Assembly (NCBI RefSeq): GCF_004010195.1
Contig: NC_057711.1
Location: 124,341,782 to 124,405,781 of the forward strand
Length of the DNA: 64,000 nucleotides
Origin: Chiloscyllium plagiosum
Lineage: Eukaryota
Direction of reading: 5' to 3'
Within the stretch, counting starts at the first letter, position 1. Every line of letters starts with the position of its first letter. The translations under genes were made by a program, and so were the position numbers. The notes beneath the pieces were generated by a model, which saw nothing but the letters and a program-made list of their open reading frames with translations, was not told the DNA's origin and did not search any database. Below are positions 38,456 to 51,073 of the stretch, one piece after another.

Positions 38456-38619
38456 GTAATCTGAAATATAGAATTGAAAATCTAAAGTGAGAAGATCATA
38501 AAAGAAACAAGTAAAACAGATGTTGTGGCTGACATAGTTTTGGAAAAGTTCATTCATGGATGTTCTTATTTAGTTACTCACTTGTGTTAACAGTTTTGCC
38601 TAATGAACTTAAGAGTGAT

Positions 38620-39524
38620 TCAAAAAGTATGGCGCTGGAAAAACATAGCAGGTCAGGAAGCATCCAAAAAACAAGACAATTAATGTTTCGGGCATAAGCC
38701 ATTCATCAGGAATGTGGGGGCAAAAGCGGGCTGAGCGATAAATAGGAGGGCAAAGGTGGGGCTGGGGGGAAAGTATCTGGGAAGGCGATAGGTGGATGCA
38801 GGTGGTGAGTGATTGTAATAGGTCAGTGGGGAGGGTGGAGACGATAGGTGGGAAGAACCATGGACAGGTGGGACAGGTCAAGATGGCGGGGTTAAGTTGG
38901 GGGGTTGGATCTGGGATGAGGTGGGGGAAGGGAGATTTGGAAACTAGCAAAGTCAACGTTGATGCTGTATGGGTGAACATCTCTGGGATACATGCACCCA
39001 ACAACCCCATCGGCCTTTGGCCAGCCACTTCAACTTTCCCTCCTACTCCACCAAAGACATGGAAGTCCTGGGGCTCTTCTATTGCCAAATCCAAGCCACC
39101 TGACTGGAGGAAGAATGCCTCATCTTCCACCTTGGGATCCTTCAACCACATGGCATCAACGTTGACTTCACTAGTTTCCTAATCTCCCCTACATCCATCT
39201 CAAACCAGATTCAATCCTCCAATTTGGCACCATCTTCTTTATCTGTCCCACCTCTCCATGGTCCTTCCCACCCTCCACACAAACCAATCACAATTACCCC
39301 CCACCTGTGTCCACCTATTACCTTCCAAGTTACCTTCTCCCCAGCCCTTCTCCCATCCTTCTATTTATCTTTTAGCCCCATTCCCACCCACATTCCTGAT
39401 AAAGGGCTTATGCCTGAAACATCAACTTTCTTGTTCCTCAGATGCTACCTGACCTGCTGTGCTTTTCTAGCGCTATACTTTCTGACTCTGACTCTCCAGC
39501 ATCTGCAGTCCTCACTTTCTCTTA
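38620..39524 (+). mobile_element. Truncated Penelope-like element with inverted 5' copy of its 3' end
   Basis: 38620-38975 is antisense to about 39150-39490; sense arm encodes a GIY-YIG C-terminus (PLASHFN..DMEVLGL..LEEECLIFHLGILQPHGINVDF); 15-bp TSD GAACTTAAGA(G/T)TGAT. Confidence 0.88.
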
Positions 39525-39994
39525 GAACTTAAGATTGATCCTGTCAGGCATGCAACAAAACTAGAAAACTAAAATGATTTTTGTCTGTATGATTTTGAGG
39601 TACTCAGCTGATTAACTATATATTGCATCTGTAAGGGGAGACTCCATAGGGATTGTCCCAACTTGTCAACCCTAAGACAGGGAAATATTTCACAAAACAA
39701 AGCAAGGTAGTGAAACTATAAAATGTGGGGTTATATAGTTAAACATTGGAATTCTGGAGAATCATAACTGTCTAAACTTACAGATAATCAGTGTGAATTG
39801 GAATGCAGATATGTAGAATATTGTTATTATTTGGGAATTTGATTCCAGAGGAAACATAAAAATTTGTTTCAGTTCATGTGAGGGTGACCTCATTTAACAA
39901 AGGTCAGAAGGTCATTTTGAGCAGTAAGTGAAAGTCAACCTTTCTAAGAAACCATGTGATGAAAGTTAAATGACTTAATCAGCTTCCTTAACCA

Positions 39995-40768
39995 GTTGGG
40001 CCAATGGGCCAAGGCGTGTCAGATGGAATTTAATTTAAATAAATGTGAGATGCTGCATTTTAATAGGTGAACCAGACCAGGACGTATACAGTTAATAGTA
40101 ATGTCCTGGGGAGTATTGCCAAACAAAGAAACCTTGGGGTGCAGATGCACAGTTCCTTTGAAGTGAAGCCACAGATAAACAAGCATTGAGCATACTTACC
40201 TTGTTGGTCATAGGAGTTGGGATGCCATGTTGCAACTGTACAGAACATTCGTGAGACCACTTTTAGAATACTGCATTAAAATCTGATCCACCTGCTTTAG
40301 GACGGATGTTGTTACACTTGAAAGATTTCAGAAAAGACTTACAAGGATGTGGCTAGGATTGGAGAGTTTGAGCTAATGGGAGAGGCAGAATAGGCTGGGG
40401 CTATTTTCCCTGGAATATCAGAGGCTAAGGGGTGACCTTATAGAGGTTTATAAAATCATGAGCAGTATTGATAGGATGAATAGCCAAGATCTTTTTCTCA
40501 GGATAGGGGACTCCAATTCAAAAGGGACCCGAGGGGGCAAATATTTTACATAGAGCATGGTGCAAATATGGAATAAGCTGCCAGAAGAGTTGGTGGAGGC
40601 AAGTACAATTTCAATATTTAAAAGACATTTGGATGGGTATATGAATAGGAAATGTGTGTATTGATATGGGCCAAATGCTGGCAAATGGGTCTCAATCAGG
40701 TTAAGATATTTGGCCAGTGCAGACAAGCTGTCGGGAAGGGTGTGTTTCTGTGCTGTATAACTCTATCT
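39995..40768 (+). mobile_element. CR1 LINE 3' fragment
   Basis: QMEFNLNKCEMLHF, LYRTFVRP, LRGDLIEVYKIM; ctgtataactcta tail. Confidence 0.88.
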
Positions 40769-41997
40769 GGGAGGTCAAGTGCTGAATGTTTACCAAGTTG
40801 AACTTTATGATATGAAACAAATGGTCAGAAACCACTGGTAGGTTGAGTTCAGAAGAAGGGAAGTCATGCTTGCAGAAGGATTTATTTTCAGTTTACAGTA
40901 TAGAAGTCCACAGACAATGAAGATTTAGTTTATAGAGTTCAGACTATGAGACTTAGGTGAACTATCCAGGCTGGCATAATTGGCATGAAGTACTCAGACC
41001 ACCAGAGTTTCAAATACTTTTAACAGCTATGAAAGCTGAAAAGAGGTTTTAAGCTACTTCTGAGGTCCAAGGAGACAGCTAGAAAGATTCACTTGAGCAA
41101 ACAATTAAATCATTACTTTGTTGGGATTATGTTATAAACGTATTGTTGTTTGTGCTAAATTATTTTGCATATTAAACTTCTGTTCCTTTGTTAAAAGAAC
41201 ACTGGCACAATCTGTGAGCACTTTCAGTGATTTACCACCCCGGTAGCCAACTGCAAAAACTTACAATCTTCTAAGCCAGATTTCACCTAGCAATCTCACA
41301 TGCCCAGCAAAATTATCATAGCAACACAACTCTGAATATGCACTGGCTGTCTGCTCTACTGTGGCTCAGTTCACATATATTGTAGGCCTGAACAAGAGGG
41401 AATTTGAACATTCGAGAATCTGTGCTTTGGGCTTGAGCATATGGTCTTTAACTGAAAAAAAAAACGAAGAGTAATCACAAACCTGTTCTAACACATTGAG
41501 TTCCTTCCTTCACTGAACCTTGTTTGGCTGTGTGCAAGTTCCCTACTGATTATAGCAACCACAATCTTTTGAATATCCAGGCCAATGATGGAGACTTCAT
41601 TTAAAAGGGTATTTAGATGTAAATAAGAACTTATTTGCAGGAATTTAACTTGCTTTCTGATTTAATATTCCATGTAAGAAATGTCAGAATGGTTGGCTCC
41701 AGAATATTTGATTATTTGCACCAAAGCTTCTGAACCTGAATAAGCTGCTGTGTATTCTCTCCACTCTGGTCCTTTCAGGTAACCTGCTTTCCAGCTCACA
41801 ATTTCCCTTCCTCCCTATCTTCAATCTGATACTCCCCCACCTGCAGAAAGACCTTTCCCAATCCTCCATTCAATATTTCACTCTCTCCATCCATAAGCTG
41901 CCCCTTAGCCCATGATCTCTCTGTTCCTTCTCTCTGATGCAGAGTTGTGTCATACCAGCACAGAACTTCCCATCTACCAGCTAGTCATCCTCTCAAT

Positions 41998-42309
41998 GGG
42001 CGGCACAGTGGCACAGTGGTTAGCACTGCTGCCTCACAACGCCAGAGACCTGGGTTCAATTCCTGCCTCAGGCGACTGACTGTGTGGAGTTTGCATGTTC
42101 TCCCCGTGTCTGCGTGGGTTTCCTCCAGGTGCTCCGGTTTCCTCCCACAGTCCAAAAATGTGCAGGTCAGGTGAATTGGCCATGCTAAATTGCCCGTAGT
42201 GTTAGGTAAGGGGTAAATGTAGGGGTATGGGTGGGTTGCGCTTCGACGGGTCAGTGTGGACTTGTTGGGCCGAAGGGCCTGTTTCCACACTGTAAGTAAT
42301 CTAATCTAA
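41998..42309 (+). mobile_element. HE1-type SINE (young)
   Basis: gggcggcacagtggcacagtggttagcactgctgcctcac, B box GGTTCAATTCC, (TAATC)n tail. Confidence 0.93.
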
Positions 42310-43057
42310 TCAATGCAGCTGGCTGTCAGAATGAAGAATTGTTTTTCAAGATATCATTATGTTCAGCTAGATCTCAGCATTATCTACATTTGCAGATTTC
42401 CCGATTGCTCGAAACATGAACTCCCTGATCAATGCCCACCAATTCCCCTCCCACCTGCCTTCCCTTCGATATTGGGGTGCAAGCTAACACAAAAATCTGT
42501 GTTAGCGCTCATATTATTTAGATCTATCATTTATGTGGTATGCTATACTAACATGGAAAGTGAGTATGAACAAATTAATTCACATGCATGCAATAACTAT
42601 GGTATCCAAAAGGATAAGCAATGTAACAAATGCAAGGCATAGAGGACTGACTGACAGCCAACTCTGGTCTATTGCATATTATCAGCAGAGAAATAGCAAC
42701 GACCAAGCAATGTCCGTGATCATAGATTAAGTGAGCATTTTCAACATGATGCATGGGTTGAGATTCCAGAACTGATGTTCAAGGCTAACATAGTAATTAG
42801 TTAGAAGGCCAAATGATTCACTGTTCTTAGGGATGACATGAATTTGATCATATTTTCATGGGGAAGAAAAGTGGACTAGTGAGAACAGTGCACAATGAAA
42901 TAACGTGAAATTAAGACAAACTTCAGAATTGAGTGATGTGACTTCCCTGCATGATTTAATTCAGCTATTCAAATGAATTTTTCCATACAGTATAAAATGT
43001 TCCAAAATATTGCTGCCTCTAAAAATGGCACCATTGTACTCTGACTCACAGTCAATT

Positions 43058-43136
43058 CCTGATGAAGGGCTCTGGCCTGAAATGTCTATTTTCCTGCTCC
43101 TCAGATGCTGTGCTTTTCCAGCAACACTCTCTCAAT
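43058..43136 (+). mobile_element. Penelope family A micro-insertion
   Basis: Starts at cctgatgaagggc; 12-bp TSD TCACAGTCAATT at 43046-43057 and 43137-43148. Confidence 0.8.
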
Positions 43137-44498
43137 TCACAGTCAATTTTTCAAAGCACGTTTAAGATGTATGTTCATGATGCATTCGCTGAATCAAAGC
43201 ATCTGACCTAATAGTATAAAAGTCTCATATGCCAGCCAAACTTACTCAGGTCACTCTTCACAACTCATTCTTTGCTACATCAATGATGCCATTGATGCTG
43301 CTTCCCTCTCTCTTGGAACTGGAAAAAATTATCATTTTGATTTCCAATTTTCATCACATTGTCACCAACACCAGGTCCATTTCCAATTCTTCCCTTCCCT
43401 TCCTCGACACTTTTGTTTCCATTTCTGGGGATAGTCTGACCATTATTATACATTACAAACCCATTGACTCCCACAGTTACTTCAGCTGGCCTCACATCCT
43501 TCATCCTGAAAGGACACCATCCCATTCTCCCAGTTTTTCCATCTCCATCACTTATCAGTTCTGATGATGCCATCTTCCACACGGAGGCCTCAGCAATATC
43601 CATCTTTTTCTAAAACTGAGGATTCCCCACCACTGTAGTTGATAGGGCCCTTTCCATGTTCAATTCATGTCCCACATTTTTGCCTTCATCCCTTCCCTCC
43701 CACAATAATGATTGAGTCCCTTAGTCCTCATTTATTACCTTCCATCAACTTCCACATCCAAAGGATTGTAAGCCCTTATTTCCATTACATCCAGTGGGAT
43801 ACCACAACCAGTCACATGTTCCCCTACCTTCTCCTGTCAGCATTCCGCAAGGACTGCTCCCTCTAGAACACACTAGTCACCTCCTCCTCCATTCCAATAC
43901 CTCGTCACATTCTTGTGCAATCGCAGAATGTGCAATACCTGGCCTGCTAACCTCCTCCCTCCTCATCATCCAAGACCCCAGACATACCTTCCAGGTGAAA
44001 CAGTATATTCGATCTAATCCAGTGTATCCACCGTTCACAATGTGGTCTTCTCTACACTGGGGAGATAAAACCCAGGCTGGGTGATCACTTTGCAGAATAT
44101 TTACGCTCTGTCTGCAAACATGAGCCCAAGCTTCCATTTGTTTGTTGTGGCGTTCCAGCGAGTCTCAGCATAAGCTTGAAGAACAGTATCTCATTTTCAG
44201 TTTGGGGACCCTGCAGCCTCTAGGACTCAACATCTAGTTCAATAACTTTAGAGTTTGATTTCATCTTTTATTGCTTTTTACTCACCCCACACCCAGTCCT
44301 GTCATGACATAGGTCGCTCTCTCACATACTCCTAAACCCATTATCACATTAGAGTATAGGACTTGGGAGTCATGTTGCGGCTGTACAGGACATTGGTTAG
44401 GCCAGTTTTGGAATATTGCATGCAATTCTGGTTTCTCTCCTATCGGAAGGATGTTGTGACACTTGAAAGGGTTCAGAAAGGATTTACAAGAATGTTGC

Positions 44499-44697
44499 TG
44501 AAAATGTGTTGCTGGAAAAGCGCAGCAGGTCAGGCAGCATCCAAGGAACAGGACAATCGACGTTTCGGGTATGAGCCCTTCTTCAGGAATGCCCGAAACG
44601 TCGATTCTCCTGCTCCTTGGATGCTGCCTGACCTGCTGCACTTTCAGCAACACATTTTCAGCTCTGATCTCCAGCATCTGCAGTCCTCACTTTTTCC
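44499..44697 (+). mobile_element. Penelope-derived palindromic mini-element, family A, nested in CR1
   Basis: Inverted arms; 16-bp TSD TTTACAAGAATG(T/C)TGC at 44483-44498 and 44698-44713. Confidence 0.9.
44555..44590 (-). ncRNA. Minimal hammerhead ribozyme (Penelope type)
   Basis: AUUC-CUGAAGA-A-GGG(CUCAUA)CCC-GAAA-CGUC-GAUU; palindromic ACGU stem III. Confidence 0.65.
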
Positions 44698-46404
44698 TTT
44701 ACAAGAATGCTGCCAGGGTTGCAGGGATTGAGCTCTGGGAGATGCTGACTAGGCTGGGGCTGTTTTCCCTGGAGCATCGGAGGCTGAGGGGTGACCTTAT
44801 AGAGGTTTATAAAATCATAAGGGGCATGGATAGGGTAAACAAACAAAGTCTCTTCCCACGGGTGGGGGAGTCCAGAACTAGAGGCATAGGTTTAGGGTGA
44901 AAGGAGAAAAATTTAAAAGGGAATTGAGGAGCAATTTTTTCACAAAGAGGGTGATGCATGTATGGAATAAGCTGTCAGAAGAAGGGGTGGAGTCTGGTAT
45001 ATTTACAATATTTAGAAGGCATCTGGATGGCGTTATGAATAGTAAGCATTTCAAGGGATATAGGCCAAGTGCTGGCAAATGGGCCTAGATTAATTTAGGA
45101 TATCTGGATATATAGTCGAGTTGGACTGAGGGGTTCGTTTCTTTGCTATACATCTCTATAACTCTGAGACTCAGTATGGGTTACATTCAGTACAATGAAT
45201 CCAATTTCTCCCTCTTAGCCCTTATTATCACATTTTTGGTATTTTTTCTATTGTGGCTTGCTATCCATCATCTTTTGTTTACCTAATCCTTTCATTTCTC
45301 TCTCTCTCTCTCTCTCTGGTCTTCATCTCCATCTATCTACTTATTTCAGCTTTGAACCATACCAGCTTTTCCTAGCTACTAGCAGTTCTGATGAAGAGAC
45401 ATCAGGTTCAAAATTTTAACTTTTCTTTCTTCCCAGAGATACACCAGATGTGCTACACTTCTCCAGAAATTTCAGTTTTTGTTTCAGATCTTCACAATTT
45501 GAAGTTATTTGCTTTATTATACTCCATCTTCTCTAGAACACCTGATGTATGACATGCTATGAGATGTATAGATCTCAGTTGCAATCTGATATCTTGATGT
45601 TATCCCAGAGACTGATGTGTCTGTAATATAATATTTATACGTAATAGTTAGAGCAATAAACATCTGTTGGATTCTTCAATACTGCAATGCTCACACCCAG
45701 TTTCTTTTGTTATGGGAGAAAACACAAGCATTGCCGCATCAGGTTAAATATCCTGCTGGTGACAAACTTATATTGGTGTGATTCTGATCATATCTTAAAT
45801 TTAAAACAGTTTGCTTTCTATGGAACAAAATAGGTGTAAGATTCACTGTAATATAATGCTTATTAGTTCTCCTTAAATAAAGCATTTAAAAACATATTTT
45901 TGCAATAAGAGGAGCCTGCTGGGACTGTGCATCTCTTTTAATATTTATTTTTTCTTTGTACATATATATATATACAACCTGTGGGTTCTCAAATGTGTAG
46001 GTGATACATGTGCAACTAAACTTGCGTTTAATTAAAGCATATGTGCTGACATTTCTTCAGGTCTATTTAGCTAAATCTGTAATTACAAGTTTTTGGACAC
46101 ACAACAGGCAACATATGCAGAGCTCTATAATTTTCTGCTAAGCCATTTCAAATTCTATTATTACCTTGGTGGACATATTACAACTTCCCCTGTTGTAGCA
46201 ACAGTGTATATTATCAATTAGCAGGGCAGACTCATTATGGTTAGACGAAAGTTAATTCAGTTGAGGCACTTAACTAGAAGAAATTTGTCTTAGTAATTAG
46301 CAGCTCACCTGAGTGAAGATTGAATTCAATGACTAAGCACTTAAGATGAGAGAAGAAGCAACGTATCTTATACTGGGAGACGGAATCAGAAATTAAGGGC
46401 TACA

Positions 46405-46546
46405 AGGAATTAAGGGCTACGGGGAGAATGCGGGTAAGTGGAGTTGAAATGCCCATCAGCCATGATTGAATGGCGGAGTGGACTCGATGGGCCGAATGGC
46501 CTTACTTCCGCTCCTATGTCTTATGGTGTTATGGTCTTATGGTCTA
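46405..46546 (+). mobile_element. Young, very short CR1 3' end
   Basis: CpG-intact catgattgaatggcggagtggactcgatgggccgaatggcc and (TCTTATGG)n tail. Confidence 0.85.
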
Positions 46547-46859
46547 AATGGGACTAAACTAGCTATTACAATCCCATCTTCATACTGTCAGAATGTGGTA
46601 TTTTACAGGGTTCCAGACTGAAAATATCCTGGACAAGAGCAGACCATGGAAGGTAGAAGTGGAGGTTAGCTGAGTCCAGAGTGGGTATGATAAAAGACCT
46701 ACTCTATTCCCAAAAGCTGGGACCCCTTTCTTCCAAAGCAATGAATATCTCTCCTATATATGACCAGTTCAACATTGCCCTCTCCCTACCATCTTTCCTC
46801 ATCATCCTCATGCTCTCACACTCCTCAGCCTGCTTGCCCATTCGTGAATTGATTGACTT

Positions 46860-47880
46860 ACTTCAGAAGATAGGGGCAGTAGCAGGACATGCAGGTCTGA
46901 AAACTTACTTCACCATTTGGGATTATCAGCTGATATCTACCTTCGGGCCACACTCACATACTACCCCATATCCTATATATAGTTTGTAACTAGAAATGTA
47001 TCAATCTTTGTCTTGAACATACTTAATAACTAACTCCAATGCCCTTTCAGAAGTACAGAATTCTGAGGAATACCCCCCTCTGTGTGAAGGAAGTCCTCCT
47101 CACCCAACTAGCTTTTCTTTTATTCTGAGACTGTATCCTTTGGTTTTTGACCCAATAATAAAGGAAAATGGCTTTTCTACTATGACTATCCCTTGTCATA
47201 ATATTGTTAGTTTCTATAAGATCACCTCTCCTGTTCTTAACTCCAAAGAAGACAGGGTCTGTTTTCTCAAGGTCTCCTCATAGACCAGTCCCATCAACCC
47301 AGGAATCAATACTCTGTAGTCTGTCAATGACAAGTAAATCCTACCCTAGGCACGGGAACCAGAACTGCACACATTACTCCAGGAGCGATTTCATCAGTGT
47401 CATATAAAATTGAAGCAAGATATCCTGCCTAGTGTACACAAATACTTTGGTGAGAAAGAAAAACATGTTGTTTGCTTCCTGTGTTGCTTGTTGCACTGAC
47501 ATGCTAGTTTTCAGTGATTTCCTTTTAATGACACCTAGGATACTTTGGGAACTTTCTAATTTCTCAACATTTCAGAAATGCTCTGTATCTTTGTTATTCC
47601 TAACAAAGTGGGTAATCTCACACATAACCACCGGCTGTATTCTTGTGTGCTCACTCAGCCTGGCTAAAACTCCCTTGATATCTCTTTGCATCCGCCTCAC
47701 AATCACATTCCCGTCACGTTTTGTATTGTCTGAAATCTTGGAAATATTAGAATTGGTCCCTATGTCATGTACAGCTGGGGCCATTCACTGATTGTTGTGA
47801 TGCCCCAGTGGTCACAGCCTGCCAATGTGAGAATGACCAAGGTATTCTTACTAACTGCTTTCTGCCTGTTCTCTAGTCTA
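46860..47880 (-). mobile_element. Decayed CR1 LINE
   Basis: Antisense NISKISDNTK, LE*CVQFWFP, and CR1 3' UTR. Confidence 0.75.
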
Positions 47881-48554
47881 TGTAATGGTTTATTATAATA
47901 TTGGAAAGTGTCAAGTAGCTCATAAAACTCGCCAAAAGTAAACAAGAGAATTTTCAAACAATCTGTGTGAACAGTAAAATAAGAGTTGGATTGTAGACAT
48001 AAGGACCATAACAAGTTATTAAAATAGCCGTGTAAACAAAGTAAAGTACTTGTGAAATTAACAGGTATTTGGATTATGGCCTAGAGCCCATAAAACCCAT
48101 ACTTAAGCAAACAGACATCAAAACCACTATCTCTACAGGTGTCTAAATATATTACATAAAAATACTAGAAAGAAGATTAATAATTAAGACAACATTATCA
48201 CTTTAAGCTTACTTTTAAAAGGCTTGAAATATATTTACTTTATTAAGCTTTAAATAGTTTGCTTTAACTCATCTGAAGATGTTTCATGCTTATGATGTTG
48301 ATCTCTTCCTTGACAGTTTGCCAGTTAGAACCTGGCAAACATATTTGAAGGCATAGTTTGATCTTCCAATCAAAGCAATGTCAGGATTTACTTCAAAAAC
48401 ATGGATACAACTCATGCTACAGCATTTAATGATGAGCTATAAAGGAGTCAAAAACTTTTCCATTTTTGGAAAACTCATTGCTCTTATCATCCCTAGTTTG
48501 AGTTTTCATGTGGCTGATCTAAAACTTGTAAGTTGCTGAAGTTCAACAATCTCT

Positions 48555-49262
48555 TTGCAGGTAGATAGGATAGTGAAGACGACTTTTGGTATGCTTTCCT
48601 TTATTGGTCAGAGTACTGAGTACAGGAGTTGGGAGGTCATGTTGCAGCTGTACAGGACATTGATTAGGCCACTGTTGGAATATTGTGTGCAATTCTGGTC
48701 TCCTTCCTATCGGAAAGATGTTGTTAAACTTGAAAAGGTTCAGCAAAGATTTACAAGGATGTTGCCAGGGTTGGAGGATTTGAGCTATAGGGAGAGGCTG
48801 AACAGGCTGGGGCAGAACAGGCTGGGACTGTTTTTCCTGGAGCTTTGGAGGCTGAGGGGTGACCTTATAGAGGTTTATAAAATTATGAGAGGCATGGATA
48901 AGATAAATAGACAAAGTCTTTTCCCTGGGTTAGGGGAGTCCAGAACTAGAGGGCATAGGTTTAGGATGAGAGGGAAAAGATATAAAAGAGACCTAACGGG
49001 CAACTTTTTCACACAGAGGGTGGTACGTGTATGGAATGAGCTGCCAGAGGAAGTGGTGGAGGCTGGTACAATTGCAACATTTAAGAAGCATTTGGATGGG
49101 TATATAAGAATATAAGAATATATGAATAGGAAGGGTTTGGAGGGGAATGGGCTGGGTGCTGGCAGGTGGGACTAGATTGGGTTGGGATATTTGGTTGGCA
49201 TGGATGTGTTGGATGGAACGGTCCGTTTCCAAGCTGTACATCTCTATGACTCTATAACTCTA
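48555..49262 (+). mobile_element. CR1/HER1-like LINE 3' fragment
   Basis: 186-aa ORF with LYRTLIRPLLEYCVQFWSP..TRGHRFRM; ctctatgactctataactcta tail. Confidence 0.93.
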
Positions 49263-49289
49263 TTTAAAACCTTATTGTGGCTGTACTCT

Positions 49290-49790
49290 GAGTCAACAAA
49301 TAAGATAGTCAGTTGATTCCTTTCAAAGTTTTGCAGATCATATGAAATTGGAAGCATCATGAACTTTATTGAGAGTGGTGTAGAATTTCAAAAGGATATC
49401 AACCAGTTTGTGGATGAGTGTACAAGGGACAGCTGAAATTCAGTGAAGATATATATATGAAGTCATTCAATTTGTTGGAAGAATGTGGTGAGGCAATATA
49501 AAATAAAAGTAAAATTCTAAAGGGTTTGCATGAGCAGAGTGATGTGAGAGTAGATGTACAAGGGTTATTGAAGGTAGGAGAGCAGGTTGCAAAAATGATT
49601 AATAAGGTAAACAGCATCCAAAGCTATATCAATAGGGGCATAGAGTACAAGAACAAATAGGTTGTGTTAAACCTGCATAAAATATTGGCCTCAGCTGGAG
49701 TGAGTATCCAGTTCTGGGTGTTGAATTGTTGGAAAAATGTGAGAGAATTGGAGAAATTGTAGAAAAGATTCATAAGAATGGCCCAACAGG
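49290..49790 (+). mobile_element. Old CR1 fragment
   Basis: KFAD-like segment, INRGIEYKNK, LE*VSSSG remnants. Confidence 0.6.
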
Positions 49791-50456
49791 GGAAGATTGC
49801 AGAGCTTAGCTGGAATAACATAGTTTTATTTATCACTTGCTGCTTTTGCCATTTGGCAAGCAAGCAGTCCTCTTTGGTAGCTTCACCGGGTTAACACCTC
49901 ATACCTTTTTAGACATGCCCAATGCTGTTCCTGGTCTGCCCTGCTGCAGCGTTGAACCAAGATGGATCCCTTGCTTGATATTAGTGGTTGAATAGACGAT
50001 ATAATGGACCATGAGGTTGAAGATTGTGCTGGAGTACAACTCTGCTTCAGTTGATGCTCCACCAAATCTTATGGGTGCCCAATCTTGAATTTCCGGATCT
50101 GTTCGAAGTCTGCCTCTTTAGCACAGTAATAGACATGATGGACGTATTCTCAATGTCTAGGCAGGACTTTGTCTCCACAAGGATTGTGCAGTGGCCACTC
50201 TTATGGATTTTGTCATGGACAGATACAACTGCAGCTGGAAAATTGGGAAGGATGAGATCAACCATGTTTTGCTCTCTTGTTGGTTCCCTCACCACTGGCA
50301 AACCCAGTCGAGCAAATATGTCCTTTAGGACCTGACCAATTTGATCACTGCAACTGCTGCTGAGGCATTCTTTGTGGTGGACATTGAAAACCCCTACCAG
50401 AGTACATTTTGAACCTTTGCCACTCTCAGTGCCTCTCTCAAGTATTGTTCAACATG

Positions 50457-50715
50457 ATTAAAAATCACACAATACCAGGTTATAATCCAACAGGTTTATT
50501 TGGAAGTACCAGCTTTGGAGCACTGCTCCTTCAACAGGTAGCTGTGGAGCAGGATCATAACACACAGAATTCATAGCAAAATATCACAGTGTCATGCATG
50601 CAACTGATACAATATACTGAACAAACTTAGATTGCTGTTGAGTCTTTCATCTTTTCGAATAGGTTGCAGGTTTCGGTTCACTAATATGTAAATTCCAGAA
50701 CTTCCTTCAAGTCAT
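50457..50715 (-). mobile_element. Penelope family B 3' fragment
   Basis: aaaatcacacaataccaggttataatccaacagg terminus plus upstream (G)LNSNL-like GIY-YIG tail. Confidence 0.75.
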
Positions 50716-50978
50716 TTGATTCATCAGCCAAGGGATGATGGTATGTGGTGATCAGTATAATGTTTCCTTGCTCATGTTTACCCTTATGCCATGAGACTTC
50801 ATGAATTTTGGAGTCAATGTTGATCACTCCCATGGCAATTGCACCCAACTGAAAACTATTGTGTTGCAATCTGGGTCTGTCCTGCCAGTGGGAACAGGAC
50901 ATCCAGGGATGGTGATGGTGGTGCCAGGAACATTGTCTTTAAGGTCTGATTCTGTCAGAATGGCTGTGTCAAGCTGTT

Positions 50979-51073
50979 AGGCAGAAGTGGGAATTGCAGA
51001 TCCGGTGGTTAGAGTCATGATTAGAGTGGTGCTGGAAAAGCACAGCGGGTCAGGCAGCATCTGAGGAGCAAAA
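50979..51073 (-). mobile_element. Penelope family A micro-insertion
   Basis: Exact 17-bp TSD GGCTGTGTCAAGCTGTT at 50962-50978 and 51074-51090. Confidence 0.85.

Larger units (their letters stand above)
44351..45171 (+). mobile_element. CR1 LINE 3' fragment nested in the Penelope element
   Basis: LYRTLVRPVLEYCMQFW, LRGDLIEVYKII; ctctataactctgagactc tail. Confidence 0.9.
43255..45518 (+). mobile_element. Decayed Penelope-like element (RT C-terminus, GIY-YIG, 3' end), interrupted by CR1
   Basis: YI(N)D, SLPFLDTFVSISGD, HYKPIDSHSY, IPFSQF, CGLLYTGEIK(P)RLGDHFAEY, LGTLQPLGLNI; 3' ctgatgaag terminal segment at about 45388. Confidence 0.85.

Noticed and set aside
45172-45234. Possible CR1 3' transduction bounded by ATTATCACATT at 44340 and 45224
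   Set aside because: The extra 50 bp resembles the surrounding Penelope 3' UTR, so an internal repeat of the host element explains it equally well
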